A stretch of 63,253 bases of DNA, counting the filler, from Phoronis australis (Eukaryota > Animalia > Phoronida): NCBI GenBank assembly GCA_002633005.1. It is 5 parts of 5 records of this genome, joined end to end, with 100 filler letters (N's around TTAATTAATTAA, not from the genome) between each part and the next. Parts side by side here need not be neighbours in the genome. Positions count along the whole stretch, not along the records: positions 61,072 to 63,253 come from NMRA01003807.1; 4 more parts are not named here. One strand, written 5' to 3'. The translations under genes were made by a program, and so were the position numbers. This document shows positions 62,419 through 63,253 of this stretch, piece by piece (the stretch's first letter is position 1; the number at the start of each line of letters is the position of its first letter). The notes beneath the pieces are model-generated. The model was not told where the DNA came from and ran no database searches. It worked only from the letters and a program-made list of their open reading frames with translations.

Positions 62419-63253
62419 TAAAGCCTAACATCAACGGAATTTTGTTATTTTTGATGAATTGGGCTAACCAGATAGTCCTAGCAAAGCTTAAGTAAAATAT
62501 GAAAATACGAGTTCTATCACGCAAATGTAAGCCTGTCAAATGATACGTGAAGCTGCCTTTTCGTGCCATGCTGCGTCACCGCGAGATCCAGCACGAAGAA
62601 CAAAAGATGGTATTGAATAGGTGTCTGAATAGAATCTGTTGTGAGAGGATGATATTCGCAGCCATTTGAATTAAAAGGTGATTCTCGCGGTGACGTACAC
62701 AAAAGCAAGCCAATACGCCTAACAGTTCGTTACATTTGGCAATTTATGGCACTAGTGGGTTCAGAGCGATGCTCTTAAAATACTGTAGGAACCAAATTTA
62801 CAGGTGCTACCATTGAAGATAGGCTTTAAGTCCCCATTATGGTATTGATGCGTTACTGGGCAATAAAGTAAGTTGTCTTAGTCCTCATCATGTCTGCGGA
62901 CCGTCTTTGTTTAGGTCATATTATCGGATGTTTTCTTTAATTAGTTCAATCTCACCAGCCATCAATATTCTGGAGTCAATACTTAGTCATGAGTTTCACT
63001 ACTGTTTTGGCAATGTCAAATTGAAACCATGAAAGGAATGTTTTGGGAATTGATTTGTAACACATAGACTTCACCATTGAACCACAAACACATTGGTGCA
63101 GGTGGAACTGAGTCTTTAACAAGCATTTCTACTTCACCCACTTCTTGACACCATGTTGCTTTTATGTTTAACCATGAATATAAAGACCTGAAGAAAAACC
63201 TCGATGAAAGGTATCTCTGTTCTCCCTTCATGGGGTTATTGTACAAACATTGG

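Overview
Eukaryotic, intron-rich, AT-rich genomic DNA, most consistent with a marine invertebrate draft assembly; the taxon cannot be fixed from sequence alone. The first 32 kb hold a convergent, inverted pair of unusual Notch-ligand (DSL) genes. Gene A (+) splices as C2/MNNL-like exons, then a DSL exon, then one 2.66-kb exon with 23 EGF repeats ending in a stop, so it has no TM segment and is predicted secreted. Gene B (-) has an almost identical DSL exon, then one exon with 16 EGF repeats plus a mucin stalk, then an SEA-like segment, a TM helix and a short tail. The two genes share near-identical inverted blocks (DSL exon with flanking introns, and EGF1-6) but have unalignable C-terminal parts. 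A third, truncated copy of the EGF exon and a DSL remnant are also present. Further right are a complete NMES1/C15orf48-NDUFA4-family gene, a partial HTD2 (MaoC dehydratase) gene and two ELMO-like PH-domain exons. The rest is transposon debris (LINE, Penelope, Gypsy, ISL2EU-like, MITEs, Helentron-type elements, SINEs), tandem repeats and N gaps, four of which carry an artificial TTAATTAATTAA spacer. Exon structures were inferred by eye from GT-AG sites, phase compatibility and domain motifs, not from transcripts.
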